Assembly (NCBI GenBank): GCA_963805625.1
Contig: CAWDVE010000010.1
Span: 2,048,001-2,112,000 of the forward strand
Length of the DNA: 64,000 nt
Direction: 5' to 3'
From: an uncultured Candidatus Rokubacteria bacterium
GTDB lineage: Bacteria > Methylomirabilota > Methylomirabilia > Rokubacteriales > DASRDR01
Positions within the stretch are counted from its first letter, which is position 1, and every line of letters begins with the position of its first letter. The translations under genes and the position numbers were made by a program. Below, piece by piece: positions 19,903 through 29,600 of this stretch. A model generated the notes under the pieces. The model saw nothing but the letters and a program-made list of their open reading frames with translations. It ran no database searches and was not told the DNA's origin.

Positions 19903-20750
19903 GGGCCGCGTCGGGCGGGCGGCGGATGCGGCGGGTGGTGTGGCCGGCAGCGGTCTACGCCGCGCTGGCCGTCGTGAACATCTTCGTCCTGTTCCCGCTG
20001 TACTCGATGATCGCCACGTCGATCCGGCCCCCATCAGCCGCCATGACGGTGCCGGTCCAATGGTGGCCCGCGGTACCGACCCTGGACGCCTACGTCAACA
20101 TCTGGCTCGGGCGCCCGTACGGCCGTTACTTCCTGAACAGCGCCGCGGTGGCCTCGGCAACGACCCTCGTGTCGATCGGCCTGGCCGCGCTGGCGGGGTA
20201 CGGGTTCTCGCGCTACCGCTTCCGGGGCGCGAGCGGCCTCCTGATGGCGATGGTGGCCACCCAGATGATCCCGAGCATCCTGCTCCTCATCACGTACTTC
20301 AAGGTCGTCTCGTGGCTCGGTCTCTACAACACCCTGACCGCACTGGTGCTCGCCTACACGTCCTTCGTGCTCCCCTTCACCACATGGCTGCTGAAGGGAT
20401 ACTTCGACAGCGTGCCGATCGAGCTGGACGAGGCGGCGATGATCGACGGGTGCTCGCCGCTCTCCGGCTTCCTGCGCGTGATCCTGCCGGTGGCGCTCCC
20501 CGGCATCACAGCGACGTCGATCTACGCGTTCCTGCTCGCGTGGAACGAGTTCATCTTCGCGTACGTCCTGACCGACTCGAGCGAGAAGTACACGATCAGC
20601 GTGGGCATCGCCCACTTCTTCGGAGAGTACAGCGTGGCGTGGAACGAGCTGATGGCCGCCGGCCTCGTGGCGGCGGTGCCGCCGATCGTGCTGTACTTGT
20701 TCACGTCCCGCTTCCTGGTGTCCGGCCTCACCGCCGGCGCCCTGAAATGA
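19899..20750 (+). CDS. Carbohydrate ABC permease (MalG-like)
   Basis: 'ELDEAAMIDG', 'AWNEF', 'GLTAGALK'; ATGA overlap with upstream gene. Confidence 0.93.
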   Translation: MRAASGGRRMRRVVWPAAVYAALAVVNIFVLFPLYSMIATSIRPPSAAMTVPVQWWPAVPTLDAYVNIWLGRPYGRYFLNSAAVASATTLVSIGLAALAGYGFSRYRFRGASGLLMAMVATQMIPSILLLITYFKVVSWLGLYNTLTALVLAYTSFVLPFTTWLLKGYFDSVPIELDEAAMIDGCSPLSGFLRVILPVALPGITATSIYAFLLAWNEFIFAYVLTDSSEKYTISVGIAHFFGEYSVAWNELMAAGLVAAVPPIVLYLFTSRFLVSGLTAGALK

Positions 20751-20816
20751 GCCCATGGAGCGGCGATGGCCCCAGCAGCCCGCGCCCGCGCGCGCGGACA
20801 GAAGGAGGATGGACGC

Positions 20817-22112
20817 ATGACGACATGGCGACAGGCGAGATGGAGGATGGCATGGGGCGGGGCGGCGCTCGGCATGGCCGCGCTGGCCCTCGCGCTCGCC
20901 GCGCCGGCGACCGCCCAGGCGCCGGTGCAGCTCCGGTTCATGAGCTGGTACTTTGGGGAGGACCCGGCGGGGCCGGCGCTTAAGGCGCTGTTCACCGAGT
21001 TCGAGAAGCGCAACCCCCACATCAAGGTCGTGGCCGAGCAGGTGACCTCGGCCGAGCGGGTGCCGAAGTTCACGGCGGCCATGGAGGCCGGTCGCGGGCC
21101 CGACATCTACATGGACACCCCGCCCAACGCCCCGAATCTCATCGCGCGGGGCTACTGCACGAACCTCGAGCCCCTGATGAAGGCGGAGAAGGAGGACATC
21201 AAGGCTCGCTTCACGAAGGGCGACCTCGACAGCTTCACCGATGACAAGGGCGACCACTTCTTCCTGCCCTACTCCACCGGGCCGATGGGGCTGATCTACA
21301 ACGCCAAGGCCTTCCAGGACGCGGGCCTCGATCCCAACCGACCCCCCCAGACCTGGGAGGAGCTGCTCGACTACTCGAAGAAGCTCACCAAGGGCAACCA
21401 GTACGGCATCGGGCTCTTCGGCAAGGGCGACAACTCGAGCGTGTGGCGCCTCTGGTACTGGTGGATGTCCAACGGCGGCAACGTGCTGACCTCCGACGGC
21501 AAGCGCAGCGCCATCAACAGCCCGGAGTTCATCGAGGCGGTCGATTTCTGGGCCGACCTCTACCGGAAGCACAAGGTGGCGCCCCCGAGCGTCCCCACCA
21601 ACAGCTTCGGGGAGAACAACCAGCTCCTCGCCCAGGGCGTGGTGGCCATGGTCGAGAGCGGCGTGTGGCAGTTCGGGGTGACCGAGAAGATCAACCCGGC
21701 ACTCAAGGGCCAGCTGCGCGCCGCGCCGATGCCGATGCGCAAGGTCAAGGTCGCGGTCGGGGGCGGCACCGACTCCCTCTGTATCACCAAGAGCAGCGCA
21801 CACGTGAAGGAGGCCTGGGAGCTCCTGAAGTTCCTGTCCGACGAGCAGTCGGGCGTGACGATATGGAAGATCCACGGGAAGTTCCCGGCCAACGTCCGCG
21901 CGATGCAGCGGCCGGAGCTCAAGAGCGACCCGCTCGTGACGGCGTTCGAGCCGATGATCCAGGTGGCACGGACACCGTTCAAGAGCACGAAGTACGTCGA
22001 GATCACCCAGGCGCTCGGCGTGATGCAGCAGGAGGTGCTGACCGGCGCGAAGCCAACAGCCGCCGCGGTGAAGACGGCCTCCGACCGGATCGACTCGATC
22101 CTGCGGGACTAG
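20817..22112 (+). CDS. Sugar-type ABC substrate-binding protein (family 1)
   Basis: Signal peptide, 'LIYNAKAF..AGLDP..PP.TWEEL', 'EAWELLKFL'. Confidence 0.92.
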   Translation: MTTWRQARWRMAWGGAALGMAALALALAAPATAQAPVQLRFMSWYFGEDPAGPALKALFTEFEKRNPHIKVVAEQVTSAERVPKFTAAMEAGRGPDIYMDTPPNAPNLIARGYCTNLEPLMKAEKEDIKARFTKGDLDSFTDDKGDHFFLPYSTGPMGLIYNAKAFQDAGLDPNRPPQTWEELLDYSKKLTKGNQYGIGLFGKGDNSSVWRLWYWWMSNGGNVLTSDGKRSAINSPEFIEAVDFWADLYRKHKVAPPSVPTNSFGENNQLLAQGVVAMVESGVWQFGVTEKINPALKGQLRAAPMPMRKVKVAVGGGTDSLCITKSSAHVKEAWELLKFLSDEQSGVTIWKIHGKFPANVRAMQRPELKSDPLVTAFEPMIQVARTPFKSTKYVEITQALGVMQQEVLTGAKPTAAAVKTASDRIDSILRD

Positions 22113-22137
22113 GATAGGTCCCTATCGCGCCAGACCT

Positions 22138-22299
22138 TCAGTAAGCCGCTGAGGGGTCGAGCCAACCCACCGGCCGGCACCGGGGAGGTCGCCCCGGTGT
22201 CGGCCACGCGGGCCCACGGTCGAGTTCCACGCGAATCGCCTTCAGCTGCCGGTGCTCGAACTCGCTGACCATGAGGCCGCGCCACCGCTCGGCGGCCCG
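22138..22299 (-). mobile_element. IS256-like transposase C-terminal remnant
   Basis: Frame not in the ORF track reads 'RAAERWRGLMVSEFEHRQLKAIRVELDR', recalled as an IS256 transposase tail. Confidence 0.5.
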
Positions 22300-22704
22300 G
22301 ACCGTCGATGGGGCCAGGCGATCGGGCGATCAGCAAGAAGCGCAGGGGCGCATGCTGCGAAAGGCGAAGGCGTAAGTGCGCTTCCGAGAGCGCGGTTGGG
22401 CCAGGGTCTGGAGCTGGACGCTGCGCAGGAGGTTGTGGGTCACCCTGAAGCTCCCTAGCGATGCGAGAATTGGGAACCACGAGGGCGTCAGGCGCAAGCT
22501 TACGCGCTCGGTGACGACCTCGGCCAGCGTTTGCCCCTGACGGCGTGTTGCGGCGGTCAATGACCACGTTTCCGCCCTCTTCCCAACCCACCCGGCGCCG
22601 CGGGGTATTGAAGGAGACATCGAATCTCGGGAGTCTGCTACGATACGAACCGGCCTGACGAGCAGCGCATGAGCACCACGCCCTCCGGGAGGTCAGATGC
22701 CTCG

Positions 22705-22825
22705 ATGGCTCGCCTCGAAGACCTGACCCGAGGCGCGACGGTGAAGGGCATCCTGCCCGACCACTCCATGACCGTCGTGGACGCCCAATGGCACGGCTCG
22801 AGATGCGTCGAGCTAACGTACGAAG
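22705..22825 (+). pseudogene. N-terminal remnant of an SNF2-type helicase gene
   Basis: 'MARLEDLTRGATVKGILPDHSMTVVDAQWHGSRCVELTY' recalled as the start of SNF2/DUF3883 helicases; similarity stops after about 40 codons. Confidence 0.6.
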
Positions 22826-22973
22826 GGGAGGCCGGTCCTGGCCGGTCGCTCCCACGGGGTGGCGGGACTCGCTTCTGTGCGCCCATCCCGCGTCTGCGCC
22901 ACGATAGGCGCGTGACCGCGAGAGCCACGGTTCGGATCGGCGGCCCCCCGGGGGGTGCTTCGCGGAGGGTGTC

Positions 22974-25409
22974 ATGAATCGAGAGTGGTCGGCGCGGCAG
23001 TCGATCGACGACGATCCCGACGTGCGCATCGAGCGGGACGGCGCCGCCGTCCGTCAGGTCCTCCATCTGACGCGCCCGTTCATGCACGAGGGCGCCACCT
23101 CGCCCGAGGACCTCGCCGCCCAATACCTCCGCGTCCGTGCCAACCTGTTCGACATCGACCCATCCACCCTTCCCGGCTCCCCGTCGCCGGCCCAGGACGG
23201 GGCCCGCCTGGACCCGAACCCCATGTCGGTCGAGAGCCGGGAGGGCGAGAGCGTGGCGGTCATCTTCCAGCAAATCCAGAAGATCGAGTCCCCGGCTCCG
23301 GAAAACGCCCGGTTTGACCTCCCCATCTGGGGGGCGGGCATCCGGGTCATGGTCGCTCGCGCTCCGCTCCGCGTGACGAGCGCCTACACCACGCTCCAGC
23401 CTGACCTGCCGAAGACGGTCGCCGTAGAGAGCGGGCCCTACCCCTATCCGAAGACGGCAGAGGAAGCGGCTCCGGGAAGGGCCGATCCGGCCACCGTCGA
23501 GGGTTACTTCGCGTACCCGGGTCCGGACCCTCGCCTGCGCGCGCGGGCCTCTACCCCGGTGCTCGTCTTCGGTCGGGAGGAGCATCTGGAGAACGGCCGG
23601 ATCCTTCCCTACCGCTACTATCACGACCTCGAGACGGTCATCCGCAAGGAGGTGCTCGTCTCCTCGGCCGCCGGCCTCGTCTTTCCCGTGGATCCCAGAA
23701 GCCAGAGCGCTCAGCCCGAGCCTGGCCCGTACCGCCCCGGGACGGAGCTCGACGCCTACGCCGCGCACCGGTCGCTACCGGACCTCACCGCCCCGGCGCC
23801 CGGGGGCAATTGGACGCTCGAGGGGACGCGGGTCTATGTCGCGCAGCCCAACCCGCTCGGCATCGCTCCGCCGTCCGAGCCGGGCCAGCTCTTCGACTAC
23901 ACGGCCCGCACGAATCACTTCGCGGGCGTGAACGCCTATCGTCACTGCGACGCGGCGTTCCGGATGGTGGCGGCCCTCGGATTCCCCCTAGCTGTGTACT
24001 TCAAGCCGAACCACGATGCCGGCAAGTTCCCGATCCGGGTCGTGCACCGGGCGCCGATCCCCCCAGGGCGGGGGCTCTTCGACGGCCGGACGGTCAACGC
24101 CCAGGTCACCGGCGACGAGCTCCCCGGCGTCGTGGGCGAGATGCGCTTTGCCCTCGCCGATCTCACTGACGCGGTCGATAACCCGATCGGAATCGCTGCC
24201 GACGCGCGGTTCGCGTGGCACGAGTTCGGGCACGTTCTGCTCATCGCGGCGACTGGGGAGATCGAGTTCCGGTTCGCCCACGGTGCCGGCGACGCCCTCG
24301 CCGCCGTGATCTGCGATCTCGACTCGCAGGTCGCGGTGAGTCCCCAGCTCGCGCCATGGCGCGGCGTGACGTTCCCCTGGGTGGAGGCGCTCCGGCGCCA
24401 TGACCGTCGGGCCGAGGACGGCTGGGCCTGGCACGGCTCGCTCTATGACCGCGCCACGTACGGCGAGATCCGCGATCCCGCCGGCTACCGGGCGGAGCAG
24501 CTCCTCTCGTCGACGCTGTTCCGGCTCTACCTGGCCCTGGGCGGAGCCGCCCAGCTTCCGGGAGGCCAGCCGGCCGCCCTGGCGCGCCGGACGGCCGCGG
24601 CCTACACGGCGTACCTGATCGTGCGGGCGATCCGCGCCCTGGGTCCGGCTTCGACGGCGCCGGCCCTCGACGCGTACGGCCTGGCCGGCGCGCTCCTGGA
24701 CGCCGACGTCGGGACCGGCTCACTGCTCCCGGACGAGGCGCTGTTCGCGCCGTTCCCGGCCCGCCGCCGACGGGGCGGGGCGGCGCACAAGGTCGTGCGT
24801 TGGGCATTCGAGCGCCAGGGCCTCTACGCGCCGGCGGCGGGTCGCCGCCCCTGGAACGCTCCCGGCGATCCCGAGGCGGTCGACGTCTACATCGACGACG
24901 GGCGCAACGGGCAATACGGCTACACGGCAGCCTGGGAGGCTCAGGCCCCCCATCTGCGGGTGTCGGCCACTCCGAATCCCAATGACCCGGACGTCCCCCC
25001 GCACGCCAATGTGTCGAGTCACGTCTTCGTCCGGGTCCAGAATCGCGGACTCCAGCCGAACCCCCAGCCCGCCACGGTCCGGGTGTTCGTGGCGCGCGTT
25101 CCTCCAGCCGGGCGGCCGCGCTGGCGCCTCGGGCCGGGCACGGGCAATCCTTGGGCCGAGTTGCAAGGTGAAGTCGGTGCGACGACCAGCGCCGTCGTGC
25201 CGCCGGGGCAATCGGTCGAGTTCGGACCGTTCCGCTGGCGGCCGCCAGTGGCCGGGCTACACAGCCTCCTGGCCTGCGTCGACGCGCCAGGGGATCGCTG
25301 CAACGCCCTCAGCCCCACCCTCGCGTGCGCGATCGGCCCGACGCGGCTGGATCACCTGGTGCCGCTCGACAACAACATCGCCTACCGGGAGGTGGCGGTC
25401 CTCGCCTGA
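22974..25409 (+). CDS. Zinc metallopeptidase (M4/M36-like) with prodomain and C-terminal beta-sandwich domain; no signal peptide
   Basis: 'VNAYRHCD', 'VNA', 'WHEFGH', 'FAHGAGD'; C-terminal 'VFVRVQNRG...DNNIAYR'. Confidence 0.8.
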   Translation: MNREWSARQSIDDDPDVRIERDGAAVRQVLHLTRPFMHEGATSPEDLAAQYLRVRANLFDIDPSTLPGSPSPAQDGARLDPNPMSVESREGESVAVIFQQIQKIESPAPENARFDLPIWGAGIRVMVARAPLRVTSAYTTLQPDLPKTVAVESGPYPYPKTAEEAAPGRADPATVEGYFAYPGPDPRLRARASTPVLVFGREEHLENGRILPYRYYHDLETVIRKEVLVSSAAGLVFPVDPRSQSAQPEPGPYRPGTELDAYAAHRSLPDLTAPAPGGNWTLEGTRVYVAQPNPLGIAPPSEPGQLFDYTARTNHFAGVNAYRHCDAAFRMVAALGFPLAVYFKPNHDAGKFPIRVVHRAPIPPGRGLFDGRTVNAQVTGDELPGVVGEMRFALADLTDAVDNPIGIAADARFAWHEFGHVLLIAATGEIEFRFAHGAGDALAAVICDLDSQVAVSPQLAPWRGVTFPWVEALRRHDRRAEDGWAWHGSLYDRATYGEIRDPAGYRAEQLLSSTLFRLYLALGGAAQLPGGQPAALARRTAAAYTAYLIVRAIRALGPASTAPALDAYGLAGALLDADVGTGSLLPDEALFAPFPARRRRGGAAHKVVRWAFERQGLYAPAAGRRPWNAPGDPEAVDVYIDDGRNGQYGYTAAWEAQAPHLRVSATPNPNDPDVPPHANVSSHVFVRVQNRGLQPNPQPATVRVFVARVPPAGRPRWRLGPGTGNPWAELQGEVGATTSAVVPPGQSVEFGPFRWRPPVAGLHSLLACVDAPGDRCNALSPTLACAIGPTRLDHLVPLDNNIAYREVAVLA

Positions 25410-25449
25410 CGGGCCATCCGTCGAGCTCGGGTCGGCGGCTGCGCCCGTC

Positions 25450-26355
25450 TCACGCCCACTCGCCGGCCGCGCTCGTGAGCAGCTGCGCGAAATAGGGACA
25501 CTGCGCGGCATTCTTGAGCAAGGCGAAGCTCTGGTCGGCCAGATATTGGCCCGCCTGGGAATCGGATGCGTAGTGAAAGCCCCCCCGCTCGCGGTTGACG
25601 GCGACGCGCTCCGCCAGCCAATCGAGCGCGGGTCCATGCGAGAGCTTGATCGCCGCCGGCAGCGCCTCCTTGAGGCAGAGAGTCATCAGCCGGCTCTGGG
25701 TGGCGTGGCCGCTCGGAAAGGCCGGGTGCGCGGGCGGGCCGAAGGGCGGGCACAGGCCCGGGGACAGCACGGAGGGCCGCGGCCGCTTGTACGTGTACTT
25801 GAAGTGCATCGCGATGATCTCGCCGACGCGCACCGCCACGTTCAGCAGCACCAGGTTCCAGAACTTCGTCGTCCTGTCGAGGTTGAGCAGCGACGCCCAG
25901 TACTGCGGCGCACCGTCGTGCTGGATCACGATCTCCGCCAGGTAGCGCTCGCGCTGGTCGCGCATGAGCGTCTGAAGTCCATTGATCTCGCCGTTGACGA
26001 AGGCCTGAGCTTGCGCCGGTGTCGTTCCGCCGAAGGCGGTCGACCACTGGAGGAGATTGACCGGGATTTGGATCTGCTGCCACGGCGTGCCAGCGAACTC
26101 GTTCACATACCGCAGGGCGAGCAACGCCGGATCCCACTTCTCGTCGGCATAGTCCTGCCACGGCGGGGCTTGGATCTCCACGGGAAAGCTCGGCGGTGCG
26201 TTGGGGGCGAGCGTGAACTGGAGTGTCAGCGGCGCCGCGCCCAGCTCGGGCGGCGTACCGCCGAAGCCCATCCCCATGCCCATGCCCATGCCCATTCCCA
26301 TCCCCATGCCCATGCCCATGCCCATCCCCATGCCCATGCCCATCCCCATCCCCAT
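25450..26355 (-). CDS. PAP2/vanadium-haloperoxidase superfamily enzyme with N-terminal (MG)15
   Basis: Motifs K-x6-RP ('KYTYKRPRP'), 'PSGH', 'RERGGFHYASD'; SD AAGGAGG upstream of the first ATG. Confidence 0.88.
   Translation of the reverse strand: MGMGMGMGMGMGMGMGMGMGMGMGMGMGMGFGGTPPELGAAPLTLQFTLAPNAPPSFPVEIQAPPWQDYADEKWDPALLALRYVNEFAGTPWQQIQIPVNLLQWSTAFGGTTPAQAQAFVNGEINGLQTLMRDQRERYLAEIVIQHDGAPQYWASLLNLDRTTKFWNLVLLNVAVRVGEIIAMHFKYTYKRPRPSVLSPGLCPPFGPPAHPAFPSGHATQSRLMTLCLKEALPAAIKLSHGPALDWLAERVAVNRERGGFHYASDSQAGQYLADQSFALLKNAAQCPYFAQLLTSAAGEWA
26266..26355 (-). repeat. 15 tandem hexamers ATG-GGN encoding (Met-Gly)15
   Basis: 90 nt; Gly codons 9 GGC, 5 GGG, 1 GGA. Confidence 0.97.
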
Positions 26356-26399
26356 GACGCCCTCCTTTTGGCGTGGCGCACCCGGGTCCCCGCCGGTGG

Positions 26400-26585
26400 C
26401 AGGCGACCACGAGCAGCTCGTGGCGGAGTTCTACTGATCGTGGGTTAGATGAAGCAGCTCGGCGCTCACCAACTGGGCAAATCCGCGTCGCGGCGCCGCC
26501 TCCTCCAAGGATCCGCAGCATCTCGCAGGCGACGTCCCGTCCCAGCACGGGACCGACCTGTGCGACCTCGCGCGCGGTCGGCGGG
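26400..26585 (-). pseudogene. Degenerate remnant of a cyclase-AAA-TPR gene (post-NTPase helical region)
   Basis: Broken frames give 'REVAQVGPVLGRDVACEMLR', 'LEEAAPRRGFAQLVSAELL', 'ELRHELL', comparable to 'LLQAAAVVGKDV...LRSGLRHLRAAELLY...FKHAL' in the adjacent gene. Confidence 0.6.
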
Positions 26586-26682
26586 CGAGCCTAGCGACCC
26601 CTGAGCGAGTCCCGAAGCGCCGCCGGGATCGCCACTGGCGTGAGCGGCCCGGTGAGGGTGTCGAGGTCACCGTCTGTCCGGA

Positions 26683-29600
26683 TCAGCCTGGACTGCAGGA
26701 TCCGCTCGGCCTCAGATCGGCCTCCGCCTGCGCCAGCCCGAGAGGCATGTCCAGTCCCCGGTACATCATGGCGGCGGCCGTGAGATGCTCTTCAGCCATG
26801 GGATGGTCTCCGAGGCGTCGGTAGAGGCGTCCAAGGCCGAGGTGGGAGTGAGCGACCAGCGGGCGCATGCCCAGCGTCTCGGCCAGAGCCAGCCCCTGGC
26901 GGAGGTGGCGCTCGGCGGCGTCGAAGTCGCCCGGGTCACGGTCAAGCGCCAACTTCCCCAAGAGGTGGAGCGCGCGCGCTTCGTGGCCACGCTCGCCCCG
27001 GTCGCGAGCCAGGGCAAGCGCCCGCTCCGCCGCTGACCGAGCCTCGTCGGGCCGCCCCGCGCGAACGAGGGAATCGCCCTGCCAGACAAGAGTTGGAGCC
27101 AGGACCGCCTGGCGTCGGGTCTGGGCCTGCATCACGGCCGTCTCGAGGAGGGGGAGTCCCTCGGCCGGAGCGCCCCAGGCAGCGCGCGCGTAGCCGAGGG
27201 CACCCATGACCTGAACCTGGTACAGGAGGTTGTCGGTGCGACGACACAGATGGAGCGCCTGGTTCAGGGCCTCGACGGCTGTCGCCAGCTCGCCGCGCTC
27301 GAGATGCACGCGGCCAATGCCGAGGTGGGCCACCACACAGTTGAACGGCTCGTCCTTCGCGAGCTGCAGCGCGCGCTCCCCGCGGGCCACGGCCTCCACG
27401 AACCGTCCCATCTCAGCCAAACAGACGGCGGCCCAGGCGCCCACGACAGGGAGCCGGTTCACGAAGACGCCCGATCGGGGTATCCCCTCGTGCGCGGCAT
27501 CCACCGCCGCCGCCTGATCGTAGAGAGCGAGGGCTTCAGGAAGGTCGCCGGACGACAGGGCGATCTGACCGAGGAAGAATCTCGCGACGAACTCGATCTC
27601 CCAGTCGCCTTCGCCCGTGACGAGCTCCAGCGCCCGCGCCCCGTATTGGCGGGCCCGCTCGTAGGCGGCCGTCTCATAGTAGACGGCCGTCATGAATGTG
27701 TAGACGCGGCCCAGGCGCCGGCGATCCGCCAGCGCCGTGGCGAGGCGCTCCGCCTCCCGCAGGTGCTCGATAACCCGCTCGTGCTCGAGCAGTTGAGCGA
27801 GTGGCGTGCGGACGGCGAGTCGCAGATCGGCCGCCTCCTCCAGCCGGGCCCGTGTCTCCGGGAGGTGACCAAGGGCGAGGAGCGCACGCTCGTAGAGGAC
27901 CGCGGCTTCGGCGGCGGCCGCGGAGCGTGCGTAGACCTTGGCCGCAGCCTGACGAGCATACCTCACGGCTTTCTCCCACATCTCGGCCGCGAGCGAATGA
28001 TGGGCTAGGCGCTCGAACTCACCGGAGAGCCGATCGGCGTGGAGACGCTCGATCGCCTCGACGACGCGGGCGTGAAGGGCCCGCCGCCGCTCGTGCAGGA
28101 GGCCCTGATAGGTCACGTCATGGGTCAGGGCATGCTTGAACGTGTAGCCGACCTCGGGCGCGGTGTGCCTCTCGTAGAGCAACTCGGCCGCCCGGAGGTG
28201 TCTCAGGCCCGACCGCAGCCTTTCGTCCGACACCTCGGCGATCGCACGGAGCAAGGTGAGCGGCACGTCCTTGCCGACGACGGCCGCTGCCTGGAGAAGG
28301 GACTTGTCCTCCGGGACGAGGCGGTCGATCCGAGCGGCGAGGACGGCTCGTACTGTGGGAGGCACTGACAGGGCGTCCAGCGCCTGCTCGAGCCGATAGA
28401 CGCCTCGCTGGCCGACCAGAGCACCCGACTCGACGACAGTCTGGATGCTTTCCTCGAGGAAGAACGGGTTGCCCTCGGTGCGCTCGATCAGAAGCGCCTT
28501 CAAGGGATCGAGGGTCAGGTGGGTTCCAAGGAGCGCGTCGAGCAGGGCCGACGCGCTCTCTGGGGGGAGGGAGTCGACTCGGAGCTGCGTGTAGTAGGTC
28601 TTCCCACCCCAGTCGTGTCGATATTCAGGACGGTAGCTGACCAAAAGCAGAAGCCGGGCGGTCGGGAGCTGTTCGACAAGGGCGTCGAGGACAACCTGCG
28701 TTTCGGAATCACTCCACTGGAGGTCCTCGACGACGACGAGGAGAGGCTGGACGCCGCTCTCGTGGAGGAGAAGGCGCGTGATGAACTCACGGGTGCGCTC
28801 ACGTCGCCGCGTCGGGGCGAGGGCATGCCACGCGTCGTCTTCCACCGGTAGGTCCAGCAGCGCGAGCGGTGCCACGAGATCAGGCTGGAGCATGCTGCCG
28901 GGCGTCAGGAGCCTACCCGTGACCTTCTCCCGGGCCAGTTGCGGATCATCCCGCTCCTGAATCCCGAAGTATCGTCGCAGGAGGTCCACCAGCGGCAGAT
29001 ACAGCGTCGCCGTCCCGTAGGATACCGCATGGCCCTCGAGGACGAGCCAGCCGTGAGTGCGGTGGGAATGGGTCAGCTCCCAAACAAGGCGGGACTTGCC
29101 CACACCAGGTTCGCCGACAAGGGCGACGACCTGCCCGCGGCCGGCGGCAGCGCGGCTGATGGCCTGGCGGAGCTGCTCGATCTCGGCGTCGCGACCGACG
29201 AAGCGGGTGAGACCGCGGGCGGCGGCGGCGTGGAGGCGGGAACGCAACGGGCCGGCGCCGAGCATCTCGTAGGCCTCCACGGGCGCCTCGAGGCCTTTGA
29301 CCAGGCGCAGACCGAGCGGCCGGACCTCTATGTAGCCCTCGGCGAGGCGGAGGGTATCCACGTTCAACAATGTAGTGCCCGGCTCTGCGAGCTGCTCCAT
29401 TCGAGCGGCGAGGTGAGTCGTCTGCCCCACGGCGGTGTAGTCCATCTGGAGATCGCTGCCGATGGCGCCGACGACGACCTCGCCGGAGTTGAGTCCGACC
29501 CGAATCGCCAGGCCCTCCAGCCGATGCGTGTGGCGCACCTCCTCGGCGTACCGCCGAATCGCGGCCTGCATGTCAAGCGCGGCGTAGCAGGCCCGCACCG

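Noticed and set aside
26266-26355. Repeat as CRISPR array or phase-variation tract
   Set aside because: No spacers or cas genes; a 6-nt unit keeps the frame, and wobble variation argues against pure slippage
25382-26548. ORF with (HG/DG)n and the plus-strand (HA/HP)n or (MP/IP)n readings of the hexamer repeat
   Set aside because: Alternative frames of the same repeat; only the MG frame has an SD, an invariant peptide and continuity with PAP2 motifs
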